A DNA stretch of 61,548 nt, the filler included. It is 10 parts of 10 records of this genome, joined end to end, with 100 filler letters (N's around TTAATTAATTAA, not from the genome) between each part and the next. Parts side by side here need not be neighbours in the genome. Positions count along the whole stretch, not along the records: positions 20,544 to 29,457 come from SRR7504441_15305; positions 29,558 to 35,386 come from SRR7504441_15306; 8 more parts are not named here. One strand, 5' to 3'. The notes beneath the pieces are model-generated. The model did no database searches and was not told the DNA's origin. It saw only the letters and a list, made by a program, of their open reading frames with translations. Of this stretch, positions 22,898 to 32,627 are shown in pieces (position 1 is the stretch's first letter; each line of letters starts with the position of its first letter). A program made the position numbers and the translations under genes.

Positions 22898-24538
22898 ATG
22901 CTGGGAGGCGGCTGGGACTCCTTTGACGATGCCGAACGTCGCGAGCAGAACCGCCGGGGCGAGGCGCACGACGCCCGAGCCCGCCGGATCGCCAACACCT
23001 CCGTCTTCGTCCAGGGGGTGGCCCAGTACCGGTCCGAGCGGTGTGCCGGCAGCGCTGCCCCCGTGCCGCCCGGCGCCCGTGTGTTTGCGCGGGCCCGGCC
23101 GCTGTTTCCGGACGAGGCGGCTCGTGGCGAGTGGGAATGCGTCACTGCGGACCCGTCGCTGAGCAACCTGGTGATCGTCCACGGGGCCTCCGAGCGGCTG
23201 GCGGCCGGCAAGGGCGCGGTACCAATGCTCAGCCACCAGGCGTACCCGGGGGTGGTCCCAGCGACCAGTGACGACGAGTTGTACGAGCTGGGCGTTCGGG
23301 AGCTGGTTGCCGCGGCGGTGGCCGGCCGGAAGGCCACCTTGTTCGCTTACGGGATGACCGGCTCCGGCAAGACGCACAGCATGGCCGGGGTCCATCGGCG
23401 GGCGCCGGCCGAGCTTCTCCAGGCCGAGCCCGAGGTGCGGTTCGCGGCATTTGAATTGTTCGGCAGAAAGTGCTTCGATCTGCTCAGCGAGGGCAAGCCG
23501 GAGATATACCTGCGAGCGGGCGAGGACGGACAGACCCATGTTTGCGGGAATAGCGAGCGGCTGGCGAGCGGCGCCGCGGAGCTTGAAGCGATGCTCCAGG
23601 AGGCCGCTGCCAGTAGGGAAACGGCTGCTACGGGGAGCAACGCCACGAGCAGCCGATCGCACGCTGTGTATGTGGTGCAGCTGCCCGAAAGCGGCGGGAG
23701 CTTCATGATGATCGACTTAGCCGGGGCCGAGGGCAACGTCGAGAGCTTTTATCACGACAAGGAGCAGATGGCCGAGGCGGCAGAGATCAACGCTTCGCTC
23801 ATGGCTGTAAACAGCTGCCTGAGAGCACGCGCTGCGGGCTCCGGTCATGTGCCGTTTCGCGACAGCACACTCACGCGGGTGCTTCAGGGAGCATTCACAG
23901 ACCCGGACTCGCTGCTGGCGATGCTTGCCTGCGTGTCGCCGTGCTGCTCCCATCTGGAGAGGACCACGTGCACTCTCCGGAATGCAGTGAGGCTGCTGGG
24001 CGACGGCCCGTTGCCTGCCCCGACTGTGGACGAGTTGGCCATGCCCGACAGTCGGGCCCAACCGGATGCGCCAGCTACGTTCTCACAGTCGCGGCAGCCG
24101 ACTGCGAAAGGCCGAAAAGCCGAGGCTATGCGAAGCATGGCTATTGCTCGGTTGTTTGCCGACATCAAAGCGAGCTGGGGCGGTGAGGATAAAGCTAGCT
24201 GGGCAGCCGATGGTTGGGTGCTTCTGACGTCTGAGCTGCAAGAGCCTCCGTATGCTGAGCTCATCGATACAGTCCAACTGACTGCTCTGTGCGACCAAGC
24301 CAAATCACAGCTTGAGTCGGATGATTTCAACTTTGCAGCTTTCGAGACGGTCTGTGTATTGCTTGCAGCGCATGCCAGCGTCTCTGTTTCTGCTCTGGTG
24401 AAGCGTATCCGTGCTAATTCGGGGCTCCCGTTGTGCTCAAAGTGCTTGAGCGAGTACTCTTCTGAACCCAATGCGGCTGCGGTGAAGAGCCTTTACACTT
24501 ACAATGGCAAGTGCCCTGGGTGCTTCAAGACGTATTAA
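22898..24538 (+). CDS. Kinesin motor protein with an atypical C-terminus, intronless
   Basis: P-loop FAYGMTGSGKTHSM, switch I NATSSRSH, switch II DLAGAE, EINASL, HVPFRDSTLTRVL. Confidence 0.92.
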   Translation: MLGGGWDSFDDAERREQNRRGEAHDARARRIANTSVFVQGVAQYRSERCAGSAAPVPPGARVFARARPLFPDEAARGEWECVTADPSLSNLVIVHGASERLAAGKGAVPMLSHQAYPGVVPATSDDELYELGVRELVAAAVAGRKATLFAYGMTGSGKTHSMAGVHRRAPAELLQAEPEVRFAAFELFGRKCFDLLSEGKPEIYLRAGEDGQTHVCGNSERLASGAAELEAMLQEAAASRETAATGSNATSSRSHAVYVVQLPESGGSFMMIDLAGAEGNVESFYHDKEQMAEAAEINASLMAVNSCLRARAAGSGHVPFRDSTLTRVLQGAFTDPDSLLAMLACVSPCCSHLERTTCTLRNAVRLLGDGPLPAPTVDELAMPDSRAQPDAPATFSQSRQPTAKGRKAEAMRSMAIARLFADIKASWGGEDKASWAADGWVLLTSELQEPPYAELIDTVQLTALCDQAKSQLESDDFNFAAFETVCVLLAAHASVSVSALVKRIRANSGLPLCSKCLSEYSSEPNAAAVKSLYTYNGKCPGCFKTY

Positions 24539-24766
24539 CGTTAGTTCAACGATTTATCAACGTTAACGATTGAATTGATAATTATCGGCAGTGCATAAGA
24601 GTGCATAATTACGAGTACAATCGTAGTCAACATTGTATGCATCATAGAGGTTGCGTATGTGTGAATCTATCGCATTTAATGTTTCTTTATTCTGAAGCTG
24701 TGTGTACGAATCTCTTGATAAAAATAAGTCCCACAGACATCCTAGACGGAATGCGTCTCGTATTCT

Positions 24767-26016
24767 TTACGCGGGAGGTGCAACCGCTGTCGCAGAACTG
24801 TCGTGACTGTCGGCAATCTTACTCACAGACTTCATGCTGTTGACAATTGCATTATACTTGGATTCCACGCCGACTAGTCTGGTCTTTGTCGACCGCAGGG
24901 TGGTTGTGGCATCACTCAACTTCGTTTCAGTGGTGCTAAGCTTTGACTGCAGACCCGAGAGTTTAGCCTCATACGATGTTTTGGTCCTCTCAAGGTTGCT
25001 CTCGCAGCGCTTCTTAGCCGATTCCAGTCTGGTTTTTGTGGACTTGAATTCCGCCTTGAGACGTGTATTCTCATCCTTGGCTTGAGTCAGCTTCCCATTG
25101 ACCACATCAAACTTTTTGTGGCACATGTCTACATTGCGCTTCAGGGTCTCAACTGACTTCTCCGTAGCACTGAGCTTCGTACGCACCTGGCGTTCTGTCC
25201 GCTTCAACGTGGTGTATTTGCTCTTCTCTTCCCTAAGCTTGGCTTTCAGCTCAAAGACCTTCTGCTGGCACTCCTTGATCGACTGCTGAGCCTCAGCCAC
25301 AAGCCGCTTCTCCCTCTCGATCTGAGCTTTCAGTCCCTCAACCTTGCTCTCCGCCTGCTTGACAAGGAGCTTCTCCTTCTGAAGGTCCTTCTGAGAGGTC
25401 TCCTTCAAATGTGCAACGCTCTTCTGGAGGCCATCTGCCCGCGCCTTCTCCCTCTGTGTGTTGGACTTTGCCTTTTGGACCTTCTCAGTCAGCTGAGCCT
25501 TCTGCTGCTTGCTTCGGCGCCGCCGCCCTGCTGGCCCTGGAAGGAGAGTGAGCTCAGCGCCTTCTCCTTGGCCTCCTGGGCCACAGAGAGGTCCTGGTCC
25601 TTGGCCCCCGCCTGTATGTGCGCCTTCATGTGCTCCTCCTTCTCGGGAGAGCCCGCTTTGTCGGCGTTTTGCTTGGCCAGCGAGGCCTCTTGCTGCAAGG
25701 CGCTCCGCTTCTTCCGGATCCCGTCTATCTCGGCCTTGATCGAGCTGATCTTTTGGGAGATCGCTTCCTGATCCGGCGCCTCCGACTCCCCGAGGTCGCT
25801 GTGCAACTCCTCGTGCTCCCTGAGCAAGGCTTCGGCCTGGACCAGCAGGTTGCGGGTATCATCCCTGATTATTTTGACGTAGCCCGAGCTAAAGGCCGGC
25901 ATGGTCGCGTCAAGGACCAGCGACTCCCCCGCTGCCGCGTCCGCCGGGCTCAGTGCCACCACCGCCACTGCCAGCACCAACGCCAGGAGCCACCTCTCCC
26001 TGAGCGCTGTCGCCAT
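24767..26016 (-). CDS. Signal-peptide coiled-coil protein with one frame break near 25500-25560
   Basis: Hydrophobic N-terminus and K/E/Q-rich heptads carried in two frames. Confidence 0.7.
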
Positions 26017-26091
26017 ATCCCGCAGATATCTGGCTCTCTACCAAATAAAAAGAAATAAATCCACAGTCCAAGCATCAAGCCGTTGAACATC

Positions 26092-27509
26092 ATGGTTGCA
26101 GGAGGCGGACCCACCACGTTCGAGGTGACCGAGCGGGGCGGGCTGGCCTGGCGGCACACCCCGTCGTACAACGGTGCGCCGCCCCCGCTGCCCGGCCTAG
26201 CCGTCCGCCAGATCGAGTCACCGGCTCCCGCGGGCCGAAGTACCTGGAGCGGATCACCGGCACCATCGTCCCAGGTGACGTCCAGTATCTCCAGGTGCGC
26301 CCCCCCGGCCGAGCGCCGGCCTGACCGGGGGCAGGTGGGCGGCGGGCCTGGGGGCGAGTCACCGCTCCACCAGAACGTCACCTGGTCCCCCCCCCCTGGC
26401 CCCAGCCCGGCTAGCCCAGGCAGGTGTCGTTACATCCCGCTGCGCGACCTGCACGGCAAGCCGCTGCTCAAGGCGAGCCCTCCCGACCGCCCGGCCCGCG
26501 ATCGGCCCGCAGGACGTCTCGGCATCCACCGCGCTCTCCTCCTATCGGATCCTCAACCACGCTGGGGTACTCCCCCCAGCCTGCGGGGCCAGAACCACCG
26601 CAGGTGGCTTGGCGACGGACGCCCCAGTTCCGGGATTTGATGTCCGACGCGCGCGGTCCGGACCAGGGCGACACTGTGTGCGGCAACCTGGTGCATGCCG
26701 AGGACGGGGTCTTCCTGCAGTCAACATCTCAGATCCCTGGAACACGCCGCCGGTCGCTCCCCCCCCGCGCTCGCCGGCTGAGCCAACCCAGGCTGCGCTA
26801 CTTGCCGGTGCGCTCGCCGGCCGGGATCCCGCTCCTGGAGAAGCTGAGCGGTCATCCGGACCCGGCCCCGGCGGTGTGGCGCGGGTTGATGAATACGCCG
26901 AGCGGTAGCAGGTTCATGAAGTGCCTGGAGAGTCGCCGGGCAACACTCACCCGGTCTACCTGCACGGGCACCTGCCGCTGGCCAAGCCTAAGCCCCGCTG
27001 GACCCCCGCGGCCGATTCGCTGGGCGGCTCGTTCCACTTTATTGAAGAGAGCAAGCAGACACGCTGGGACGCTCCGGAGCCTCCAGGTGAGTCTCGAGTG
27101 AACCAGGCCCGAGCCGGGGGCAGCTATCGACATGCTGGCCACGCGATCGGGCGGGCCGGAGCGGCTGCTTCGGCGGCGGCATGAGCGACAGGTGAGCTTT
27201 GGGCGGGTGCGGGGGCCAAGTCGGAGGCAGGTGGAGGCTGGAATGGATCGTGTGGACGACGGCGAGGAGCTGCGCAAGGCTGTCGGGCTGGTGATGGCCG
27301 AGGATATCCGTTACCACCTTCTGGCCGACGAGCGGCAGAAGTTGGAGAATCAGCCGGAGATGCAAGCCAAGAAGGCAGCGCACGCGATCGCTGTGCAGGA
27401 GGAGATTGGCAGGCGGCAGCCGATCGACAAAGCCTGGGACGGTCAGCTCGAGTACCGCGGCCGGCGATACTACGGCAACCCGGCTTGGGTGGCTGCCGAG
27501 CCCTTGTGA
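26092..27509 (+). CDS. Multi-exon protein with two internal SH3-like repeats and a WW-like motif
   Basis: Spliced repeats FEVTERGGLAWRHTP..GP...RYIPLRDLHGKPLL and YRILNHAGVAWRRTP..GP...RYLPVRSPAGIPLL; W...FHFIEESKQTRWDAP. Confidence 0.6.
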
Positions 27510-27644
27510 GCAGTAAGTGAGCGAGTGAGCTATCCTTGTGCTCTGGCATCGTGGCGTAATGGTCAATTGTATTGAGTAGCGATTGTGTTGAGTTCCACTA
27601 AAACTCTCGGTGCCATTATGTTAAGATAATGATTATTAGCCCTG

Positions 27645-27742
27645 GGTACGAGTACGTACGTACGCGGAGTACTCGTACACAAGTATACGTACGTACTCGG
27701 TACGAGTATGCATTGCACCAGTAGCGCACGAGTACGGTATCA
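27645..27742. repeat. GTAC/CGTA-rich low-complexity tract between convergent genes
   Basis: gtacgagtacgtacgtacgcggagtactcgtac...gtatacgtacgtactcggtacgagta. Confidence 0.8.
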
Positions 27743-27753
27743 CATGACGATTA

Positions 27754-28497
27754 TCATTTGATGAATTGTACCGCCGTCTTACTAGTCACATACGACACAC
27801 CCGAGGCGACCGTCGTGACTCCCGTCAAGTAAAACATCCCGTTGAGTGCGGCTTGCGGTGGCAGCCCAAACACCGGATGGGCTAGCGCTCCGCCCATGGC
27901 CAGCAGCGACAGCACGGTGTGCACTTTGGATATGGAGGTCGGGGTCACTTTGGCACTCACAATCCGGCCGTCCCAGTACCGGCTGAAGGTCTTGGGCGGG
28001 GGCAGGCTGGCGTAGCGCAGGTAGAAGCCCCCTACCATCAGCGCCAGGTCCCGGCCCACCAGCCCAGCCACCAGCCAGCCCGGCATCAGCCCGGCGGCCC
28101 CGAGTGAGACCGATGTGAACGTCATGAGCGCCTTGTCGGCCAGTGGGTCGATCACCGCCCCAAAGTGCGATTTCTGGCCGGGCACCGTCCGGGCGATATA
28201 ACCATCCAGCGCGTCGGTGGCCGCCGCCGCCCCGAGCAGCCAGAAAGCCTCGGAGTGCCGGCCGCTGCAGACAAGGTGGGCCACCACTGGCGCCGCCGCC
28301 AGCCGGAGCCCGCACAGCAGGTTGGGCACCGTCGCGATGTTCTCGGTCCGCTCGCCTCCGGCCGTCGCTAGCCCCCGCCCACCGGCCCGCCGCAGGAGTC
28401 TTTGGCCCGCACAGCTACTAACGGCGGAGGGTGGCCGCTGGGCGGCCATGAGAGCTCGGAACCCGCGCCCAGGCGTCCGTGAGGCCAGCAACGCCAT
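27754..28497 (-). CDS. CRLS1: Cardiolipin synthase (CDP-alcohol phosphatidyltransferase family)
   Basis: Arg-rich presequence, TVPNLL, TDALDGYIAR...GAVIDPLADK, RYASLPPPKTFSRYWD, PTSISK. Confidence 0.88.
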   Translation of the reverse strand: MALLASRTPGRGFRALMAAQRPPSAVSSCAGQRLLRRAGGRGLATAGGERTENIATVPNLLCGLRLAAAPVVAHLVCSGRHSEAFWLLGAAAATDALDGYIARTVPGQKSHFGAVIDPLADKALMTFTSVSLGAAGLMPGWLVAGLVGRDLALMVGGFYLRYASLPPPKTFSRYWDGRIVSAKVTPTSISKVHTVLSLLAMGGALAHPVFGLPPQAALNGMFYLTGVTTVASGVSYVTSKTAVQFIK

Positions 28498-28530
28498 CCG
28501 AGCCCAGGCCAGCCCAGTACTGCTTGGGCA

Positions 28531-28558
28531 ATTTATTTTATTTTATTTTATTTTATTT
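28531..28558. promoter_or_regulatory. (TATTT)n tract in a 95-nt divergent intergenic region, candidate bidirectional core promoter
   Basis: atttattttattttattttattttattt within very GC-rich DNA; similar tracts at 26043, 32568, 22101 and 4413. Confidence 0.5.
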
Positions 28559-28592
28559 CCCCCTCGGAAGAGTTCACCTGGCGGCAGAGAGG

Positions 28593-29093
28593 ATGGCTGG
28601 TGAGACCCACGTCGGGACGCCGGGCTGGGACGGGGCGGGGAGTTACCCGCACCAGGAGCTGCTGCCCAAGCTGCCGTGCGGCCGGATCAAGGCACCCAAG
28701 CTGCTCCCGGACAAGTCCAGCGGCGAGTTCGTGGTGTACCTGACCAAGGTGGGTGGCTACAACTACGAGTTCGTGTGTAAGCCGACAGAGACCGTCCGCC
28801 AGCTCAAGCTCAAGCTGCTCGAGCCGGTGCCGGTGCACCACAGAGACCTGGTCAAGGGCGGCCAGAAGCTCTGGGAGCCGCCCCGGCCGGAGCTGACCGT
28901 CGAGACGGTCCATCTGCAGTTCTCCACGCTGGGCAAGTTGGACGACGACCGGACGCTCGAGTCGTACGGGATCGGGGAGCCACACCTGCGGTACGCCGAG
29001 ATCTGCCCGCAGTGGGACCTGTACAAGGACCCGCCCATGAAGCCGTCGCACCAGGATGAGGAGCGGCCGCCGTACTGCAGAAATGAGTGGTAG
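28593..29093 (+). CDS. Ubiquitin-like domain protein
   Basis: KPTETVRQLKLKL and GKLDDDRTLESYGI; no terminal GG. Confidence 0.75.
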   Translation: MAGETHVGTPGWDGAGSYPHQELLPKLPCGRIKAPKLLPDKSSGEFVVYLTKVGGYNYEFVCKPTETVRQLKLKLLEPVPVHHRDLVKGGQKLWEPPRPELTVETVHLQFSTLGKLDDDRTLESYGIGEPHLRYAEICPQWDLYKDPPMKPSHQDEERPPYCRNEW

Positions 29094-29457
29094 ACCATCT
29101 AGTTATGTAAATTGATTGATTTAGGATTGATCTTGCGCTCGCTACGCATGCCAGCTGCGACTAGTGACGGCCAGCCGCTCGCAAAGGCTCCACAACTTCA
29201 CGACTAGGTCACAACCTTCGATCGACTCGCCGGTACCGATCAAATATTGGTCGGCCGTACGAGTACATACGAGTAAACCCTTCAAATATAGTTGCTCAAT
29301 GCCATTGATCAGTTTACGCGTCCCGGCACTACGCCATGCTGGATCTCGGGCCGCCTGATGATGCGACTACGGATCCATCGCCCTGCGCGCCCTGGCGACG
29401 CAAGTTCACTGCACGCAAAAAGTGAACTCACTGCCCCCCCCCCCCCCCCCCCCCCCC

Positions 29458-29557
29458 NNNNNNNNNNNNNNNNNNNNNNNNNNNNNNNNNNNNNNNNNNN
29501 NTTAATTAATTAANNNNNNNNNNNNNNNNNNNNNNNNNNNNNNNNNNNNNNNNNNNN
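29458..29557. other. Artificial contig linker
   Basis: N/TTAATTAATTAA/N. Confidence 0.99.
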
Positions 29558-29615
29558 CGGGAGAAAATGACAGTGGTGCGAGCGCTGAGTGGGCTTGGCT
29601 GACTTGGTGGCGCAG

Positions 29616-30692
29616 CTGGAGCACGTGAGCAGCGGGCGGGACACACATGCCATCATCGGCACCTCCGGAGACGACGTGGTAGTCGGCTTCCGAGGCACCG
29701 CCAGTCTGGAGAATGCGATGGTGGACGTGAGCATAGGGCTAACTCCATTCAGCGAGATCAATGCGCGTCAGCCGGCCCCGCAGGAACAGCGCAACTACTT
29801 TGGTCGGTTGCTCGGCGAGCTGGTCCACGAGCTGGTGGACACAATCAGCCCTCGCTCCACCCACGCCGGGATTGCGGACGCCCAGTGCCACTCAGGCTTT
29901 GTGACCGAGTGACCGATTCTAGTGCCCTGCTGACCGGGCTGCAGGTACGCCTCGGTCAGGAGCAGCGTGCTGGATACCATCGAGCAGCTGGTTGGAGCCC
30001 AGACCGGTCTTGTCACCCACCGGCTCCGCCAGACAGGCCTGGCTGCCCGCCAGCTCCTCGACTGTGCCCAGCGCGGTGGCTCAGACAGCCCGCGAGTGCT
30101 GGTCACCGGTCACAGCCTCGGCGGGGCGCTGGCCACACTCTGCGCGGCCGATTTGGCCCTGCTCCACCCGGAATGGTCTGTGACCATGGTCAGCTTTGGG
30201 CAGCCGCGTGTGGGCAACCACGGTGCTAGCCCCTCTGTGGTCTGGCTGACTGGGAGCGCAGCGTTTGCGGCTCTGTTCGATAGTGTGTGCCCGGAGAGCT
30301 TTCGAGTGTGCTATCAGAGAGATGTTATCACTTCAATGCCCAAGTTGTCTGTGCTCAAGTGCTGCGGACTTGCTTACAAGCACTGTGGCAACGAAGTAGT
30401 GATAGATGCAAAAGGCAATTGCATCCAGCGGTTGCTACCGATAGAGCGATTATTCCTGAGCAAGGGCCATACCAGCATCGGAGATCATTCCATGTTCAAG
30501 TACGAGCTGGGGCTGCAGGCGTGCATTGCACAGAGCGGCTCATGCTGCGAGATGTACCCATTGCTGCCCGAAGAGATTGCTGCTGTACCAGCACGCACCG
30601 GGCCGCTCGCGTCATCGAGTTCGGCTCAGAAAACATCGTGCCAGGCGTGCTCCGTGTGTTCTTGTTTTGTTTCAGAGAACGATGACGACTAG
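29616..30692 (+). CDS. Class 3 lipase, 5'-truncated
   Basis: VVGFRGT, CHSGF, VLVTGHSLGGALA, FGQPRVGN, DVITSMP, YKHCG, DHSM. Confidence 0.92.
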
Positions 30693-30832
30693 TTCATTTT
30701 CGAAAGATATTAAGATAAGTGATTAGACTACAATAGACATAGGAATAAAATATTTGACAGCTTAAAAACAACTTTTTAGTCATAAGCAATCTATAACCAA
30801 ACAATACACTATTAAAGTCAATCAGTCGCGAA

Positions 30833-31843
30833 TCAAGCCTTGTCTTGCTCATTGTAGTATCCGAGCACAACGTCCACATCGCGCGGCGAGCCCACAATCA
30901 CCGGGCAGCGCTCATGGATGTCCGTCGGAACCAGCTCGAGGATTCTATGGAACTTGCCCTTGAACATCCCGGTCGATGCCACCCCGCCGCACTCCTCCAC
31001 GATCAGCGCCATCGGGAATCCCTCATACAGCACTCGCAGCTTGCCGTTCTTGCTCTTAGCGTCCGCAGGGTACATGAAAATCCCTCCGTACAGCAGCGTC
31101 CTGTGCACGTCGGCCACCATCGAGCCGACGTAGCGGGCCGAGTACGAATTGCTCCGAAAGAACTCGACCGACCGCAAGAACGGCGTGTCCCACTTGGAGC
31201 TGTTGCCCTCGTTGCACGAGTAGATCTTCTTGCCGCCGCCCTCGGGAAGCTTCATGTTCTCAAAGTGGATGAACTCGCCCACACTCTGATCGAGCGTGAA
31301 CCTGTGCACGCCCTGGCCCTTGAAGCAGAGCACCAGCTCGGTGGCGGCTCCATACATGCAGTAGCCGGCCGCCACGATGTCGTCCCCGGTCCGCAGAATA
31401 TCTTCGGGCGCGGGCGGCCCAGCGGCAGTCTTCCGATACACTGCGAATATGGTGCCGGTGCTCACGTTACAGTCGATGTTGGACGATCCATCCAGTGGAT
31501 CGAACGCCACGCAGAAAGATCCCTGCTTCTCCGGCGGGACGATGATCGGGTGCTCGTTCTCCTCCGAGACAAGCACCGCACAGGTCCCGCTGTTCCGGAG
31601 CGCGTTGACGAAGATGTCGTTGCTGAGCACGTCCAGCTTCTTCTGGTCGTCCCCCGTGGCGTTCTGGTCGCCGGCCATCCCGAGCAGCCCGGCGATCCCA
31701 GCGTGCGCGCAGGCGCGCGAGGTGGCCTTGCACGCGAGCGAGAGGGTGCCCATCAGGATGGTGAGCTCCTTGTCTCCGGTGAGGTCCATCAGGAACCGGC
31801 TCAGTGTTAGGAAGTTGGACGCGCTCTCGAGTTGGGCCTGCAT
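30833..31843 (-). CDS. FBP: Fructose-1,6-bisphosphatase class 1, intronless
   Basis: GDDQKKLDVLSN, LVSEE, FDPLDGSSNIDCN, RYVGSMVADVHRTL, GKLRVLYE. Confidence 0.97.
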   Translation of the reverse strand: MQAQLESASNFLTLSRFLMDLTGDKELTILMGTLSLACKATSRACAHAGIAGLLGMAGDQNATGDDQKKLDVLSNDIFVNALRNSGTCAVLVSEENEHPIIVPPEKQGSFCVAFDPLDGSSNIDCNVSTGTIFAVYRKTAAGPPAPEDILRTGDDIVAAGYCMYGAATELVLCFKGQGVHRFTLDQSVGEFIHFENMKLPEGGGKKIYSCNEGNSSKWDTPFLRSVEFFRSNSYSARYVGSMVADVHRTLLYGGIFMYPADAKSKNGKLRVLYEGFPMALIVEECGGVASTGMFKGKFHRILELVPTDIHERCPVIVGSPRDVDVVLGYYNEQDKA

Positions 31844-32081
31844 TGTCGAGGGGAGCTTTGGCACTCTCGAAGCGTTCCCAAAATCCGTTGCATGCCTTTG
31901 AGTGACTGAGTCCAGCAAAGGCGCAGAGGGGGCCTAATTAGGGCCTAATAAGGGCCCGGAGAGGGAGCTACATGTAGTCAGCATGCTAGCTGCGTCCCTC
32001 CTGCGCTGTAACCCTCTCATACGTGTGTATAATCAGCCTACCCAGGTAATAGATAGTCTAGCTTTATTTTATGATCAAGTG

Positions 32082-32561
32082 CTAGTGTCGCCGTATGATC
32101 TCCCACCAACGCCGATTGATCGCTTCCTCCTCCTCCTTCGACGCCGCCCGAATCGTCGAGCGCTTCGGCTCAGCAGCCGCCCCTTTTTGCCGTTCGCTCG
32201 CTGTTGAGATCACGGCCGACTCCGCGCCCCAAGCCACCAGCTGGAACCCCAACCCGCCGGCGGCCAGCGCGGCCACGTAGCCGGGGATGCTGCTCCGTGG
32301 GCCACGGATGGCGCCCACCAGCCAGCCCGTCGCCCCGCCGGCAAGCACGCTGCTCTGGGCCTCCGGGAACTGGCAGCGCTCGCCCTGGAAGAAGCTCCGC
32401 GCGCAGAAGAAAGCCCCGGCGATCACCGAGGTGTGCCCAGCCACCGAGAACCCCGTGGACAAGAGCGGTCGTCCGTGCAGCGTGGCCCAGGACACTCCCA
32501 CGAGCCCGCCCAGCCCGGCCGCTCCCGCGGTGGGGAGCAGCACCTCCGAGCGAGGAGGCAT
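32082..32561 (-). CDS. Tim17/Tim22/Tim23-family-like small membrane protein
   Basis: 159 aa with four Gly/Ala-rich hydrophobic segments (LGGLVG, SVLAGGATGWLVG). Confidence 0.6.
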   Translation of the reverse strand: MPPRSEVLLPTAGAAGLGGLVGVSWATLHGRPLLSTGFSVAGHTSVIAGAFFCARSFFQGERCQFPEAQSSVLAGGATGWLVGAIRGPRSSIPGYVAALAAGGLGFQLVAWGAESAVISTASERQKGAAAEPKRSTIRAASKEEEEAINRRWWEIIRRH

Positions 32562-32627
32562 CCGCTGATTTATTTATTTTTTCCGGTGGATATCCGCGCT
32601 GGTTGGGCTAAGCGGAGCCCCCATCTG

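Noticed and set aside
29403-29457. Hairpin agttcact..agtgaact followed by poly-C
   Set aside because: A single 8-bp stem at a contig edge; the poly-C is probably a sequencing or assembly end effect.
30845-31810. Long antisense or alternative-frame ORFs (opposite FBPase; also 3394-4287, 34386-35438, 1723-2607)
   Set aside because: Expected shadows of GC-rich coding sequence, with no domain-like content.
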